Positions 13,405 to 16,180 of a DNA stretch of 16,180 bases are shown here, piece after piece (positions within the stretch are counted from its first letter, which is position 1; each line of letters opens with the position of its first letter). Origin of the DNA: an uncultured archaeon (GTDB taxonomy: Archaea > Altiarchaeota > Altiarchaeia > IMC4 > SCGC-AAA252-I15). Made by a program: the position numbers and the translations under genes. The DNA is taken from the NCBI GenBank assembly GCA_902384455.1, contig CABMCB010000019.1, positions 1 through 16,180 on the forward strand. Reading direction: 5' to 3'. The notes beneath the pieces were generated by a model, which saw only the letters and a program-made list of their open reading frames with translations, did no database searches and was not told the DNA's origin.

Positions 13405-16180
13405 ATGGCCTCAACTAAAAACCCCCCACAAAGAGTAGATAGCGAAGACAGACGCGCAACTGAGCAACATATCCAAGAGGATCTTCTTAAAGACCTGCCC
13501 GCAGGCGAACAGAGAAGAGTAGCTCACTTGGTAGTAGCCGGATTGGAAGCTCAAAAGGCGGCAGTTATCCCAAGGGGATTTACAGTTGAACGCACACTAG
13601 CCAACGGGGACACAGTAAAAAACATTGACGGAGGATACGAAGTAGTTACGGCAGACGGCACTTATCGAGTTATAGGGGAAGGCCAAAACCAACAATTTCT
13701 GAGGGCCGATAGTGAGGAGCCGCAGGCGGTCGCAGACAAAGATACTCGCACAGCGCTGAAAAGCGCAGTGGGCGCATTCAAAACCCGCGCAGACATGCCC
13801 ACGACCGTAACATACAATGGGGCAGAAGGCCAGTTAACAATCACGACCGTGAAAAAACCAGGTCAAGACGCGGGAATCGGGGGGCATGTAGACTTCAATC
13901 CGCCCGGCGAAGGAGCAACGCCAGTTAGCTTCTCATTGGACGACATAACCAAAGCCTCCCACATAGAAGTCAACCAGAAAATCATAGCTCAACGCGAACA
14001 ACACGCAAAAAGAACCGCTGAATCACAGAGGCTCCAGCGCGACCTGCAGGAAGTCCGCGATGAAATAGAAGGGAAACACGCTCCAGCTCAAGGCGAACTT
14101 TCAGCGTCTACTATAGAAGAATTCTCGCGGGAACTAGGTTCCGTAGGCAACTGGAAAGAAATCGTCGCAGCACTTGAAAACCACGGCGACCAAGACCTAG
14201 CCGGAAGAGTAAAAAAGTGGGTCCGCGAAGGCGAGCAAACCGGCTCAAGAGACCGGCGTGAAGACGTCGTAAACTCAACAGACCCCCGCACCAAACTACT
14301 GCAAACGCTCATTGAGGAACGTGACGCAGAAAGAGAAAGAGACGTAGCCCTCGGACGCAGAGAAGCAGAAGACCAAGTGTTCGAAAGAACAATAATCGGA
14401 AGAGACGCAGAAGGCAATCCCACTGCAGGAGTTGATATTCACGGCGACGCTCTGCCGCAGCACTACCGCAGAAACCTCCATGAAGCAGAACGCCTAAGCG
14501 AAGAAATCGATACTGCACGACGCCAGCAAACCCAAGGCGGATTCGCCGAGCACGTAGCCCGCGAAAAAGACGCAGCCCGCGCCGAAGAACGCAGGCAAAC
14601 ACTCGAACGCCTCAGAGGCAAAATCGCATTCATAACAGAAGCCGAAGACGTCACCACAAGCGTGGAAACATGGGTAGCCATACAACGCGGATTCAGGACA
14701 GGATTCCGCGACGTCCAAGTAGAATACGTAGAATCAGACACCACCGACACAATGCACCTTAGGCGAGGAGAAGACGGAAAAACCCTCGTAGACGCTACCA
14801 CAGGAAACCCCGCAGACATCCCGCAAGGCAGAAAACTAAGGCGAGAAGTAGTCAACGGACAAGAGCAATTCCGCGACGCACAAGGAAATATTGTACCCGC
14901 AGACCGCGTCAGAAAAATCCAGACAGACAACGGCCCAATAGACGGCGGAGAATACGAAAGAAACCTCGCCCGCCTAATAGGCCGCCCAATAGACGCAGAC
15001 GGCAACGTAGACTGGGGCAACATCACTACAGGACTCCAGTTTATGGACGCCTATAATGAACGCATCTTCAGCACCCTCGGAGGCATACCCGGCCAAAGCT
15101 CAGGCGGCGACATAAACGACTTAGCCAAACGCAAGCAACTGGAGGATCATTTGAGCGAAACATGGAACAAGGCTCGTAGAAGATTCGCGGACGAATTCAT
15201 CCCAGTCGAAGAAGTGCCTGCCGCTGCTCCCGCAGTGCGGCCCATAGGCAAAGTTTTGGGTATGAACCGACTGAGCCTTAAGGAAGCTCTTAGGGCTGAT
15301 TCTTTCGGTTGGCTTAACGCAGGAAGCGACAACAGATACTACAGGGAGCTTGTAGCCGACTTCGGCGAATTCGACGGATTTGACGGGCCAAACGGGCTTG
15401 TGCAGGTTCTTGAAGGGTCAATCAGGCAGAATTCGCCTGACGAAGAGCACCGTGAGCGTTGGCTTGCTAGATTGCACAGAAACGTGGGGTTAGCTTACTC
15501 TGAAGCTGAAGGTATTGCAAGAGGTGGTGTGCCTCAAAACAACCCGCAGTGGGCTAACCTAACGCAAGACCGAGCCGACCAATGGCATGCTGACAGCATT
15601 AGATACGGCGGTTTATCAGACTCAGAGATAGCAAACCACAACGGCGGCCAGCCCGCAGCGCCCCAACACGATTACAGTCCTGCCGCATTGCAGGTGGGAA
15701 TAGATTTTGCAAGAGCGCACGACCAGCACAGAGCAGTAGTGACATTGCTGGATGCAGCAGGAATAGGTGCAGACCCAACATTCCACGCAGTACTATTAGA
15801 CAACGCAACAGGACACAGAGAAGACCGACCCGGTGCGCCAATGACAGCCGGAGACGGTCAACCTGTTGCGGCATTACCTGGAGACGAGAGAGTATTCTTT
15901 GGTTTGCTTGGGGACGCGGTATACGCAAAGTTAGGTGTTTCTGATGATTCAGCATTTCAAGCTGCTTTAACTCAGCCTGAAAACGCAGGTTTAGCTCAAG
16001 CTTTAGGCAACTTCCAAAGAGGCGAACTTGCAGGAGCTTTCTACGAGTATGCGGATGAAGTGCGGCAGCGCACATTAGAGGCGACGTTCACAGGAGAACA
16101 GCCTCCTGGTCCTCCTCCTGTTAAGCAGCCTCCTGGTCCTCCTCCTGTTAAGCAGACTCCTGGTCCTCCTCAGGGTAAAC
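13405..16180 (+). CDS. Large hypothetical protein (at least 925 aa), 3' end outside the window
   Basis: Hand translation MASTKNPPQRVDSEDRR...QPPGPPPVKQTPGPPQGK has no stop in 925 codons. Absent from the ORF track because it has no stop within the window. Confidence 0.9.
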   Translation, partial: MASTKNPPQRVDSEDRRATEQHIQEDLLKDLPAGEQRRVAHLVVAGLEAQKAAVIPRGFTVERTLANGDTVKNIDGGYEVVTADGTYRVIGEGQNQQFLRADSEEPQAVADKDTRTALKSAVGAFKTRADMPTTVTYNGAEGQLTITTVKKPGQDAGIGGHVDFNPPGEGATPVSFSLDDITKASHIEVNQKIIAQREQHAKRTAESQRLQRDLQEVRDEIEGKHAPAQGELSASTIEEFSRELGSVGNWKEIVAALENHGDQDLAGRVKKWVREGEQTGSRDRREDVVNSTDPRTKLLQTLIEERDAERERDVALGRREAEDQVFERTIIGRDAEGNPTAGVDIHGDALPQHYRRNLHEAERLSEEIDTARRQQTQGGFAEHVAREKDAARAEERRQTLERLRGKIAFITEAEDVTTSVETWVAIQRGFRTGFRDVQVEYVESDTTDTMHLRRGEDGKTLVDATTGNPADIPQGRKLRREVVNGQEQFRDAQGNIVPADRVRKIQTDNGPIDGGEYERNLARLIGRPIDADGNVDWGNITTGLQFMDAYNERIFSTLGGIPGQSSGGDINDLAKRKQLEDHLSETWNKARRRFADEFIPVEEVPAAAPAVRPIGKVLGMNRLSLKEALRADSFGWLNAGSDNRYYRELVADFGEFDGFDGPNGLVQVLEGSIRQNSPDEEHRERWLARLHRNVGLAYSEAEGIARGGVPQNNPQWANLTQDRADQWHADSIRYGGLSDSEIANHNGGQPAAPQHDYSPAALQVGIDFARAHDQHRAVVTLLDAAGIGADPTFHAVLLDNATGHREDRPGAPMTAGDGQPVAALPGDERVFFGLLGDAVYAKLGVSDDSAFQAALTQPENAGLAQALGNFQRGELAGAFYEYADEVRQRTLEATFTGEQPPGPPPVKQPPGPPPVKQTPGPPQGK
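16099..16170 (+). repeat. In-frame 27-bp tandem repeat encoding QPPGPPPVK (about 2.7 copies)
   Basis: CAGCCTCCTGGTCCTCCTCCTGTTAAG twice, exact (16099-16152), then CAGACTCCTGGTCCTCCT. Confidence 0.93.

Noticed and set aside
13662-16075. Several - strand ORFs (60-187 aa)
   Set aside because: Antisense shadows of the uninterrupted + strand giant ORF.
16099-16170. CRISPR array
   Set aside because: The 27-bp units are directly adjacent with no spacers and are in frame in a CDS; no cas genes are present.

Overview
Archaeal chromosomal window; markers are aIF5B, aIF2-beta, egsA, GGGP synthase, DUF424 and a BHB-type tRNA intron. The exact lineage cannot be fixed from the sequence alone. In order it carries: a truncated TPR + spermidine-synthase-like methyltransferase gene (missed by the ORF track), a cyclase-family gene, a CruF-like carotenoid hydratase, a CDGSH Fe-S protein, tRNA-Ala(GGC), an intron-containing tRNA-Pro, a PH-like membrane protein, an orphan SAM methyltransferase, a small winged-helix protein, a stand-alone Dph2 N-terminal domain coupled to infB, a PNPOx/NimA-like flavoprotein, an orphan HExxH protein, an aIF2b-DUF424-egsA-GGGPS-hisH operon, an orphan gene, and a Cys-free ORF of at least 925 aa that runs off the right edge (also missed by the ORF track). 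The most unusual signals are: (i) block-wise A/C versus G/T oscillation at synonymous positions that flips inside genes regardless of strand; (ii) the tRNA-Pro anticodon loop (C33/GGG versus CGG register); (iii) a three-hairpin element between the tRNAs that repeats part of tRNA-Ala; (iv) the one-third-length Dph2; (v) the giant orphan protein. No CRISPR array or recognisable mobile element was found.
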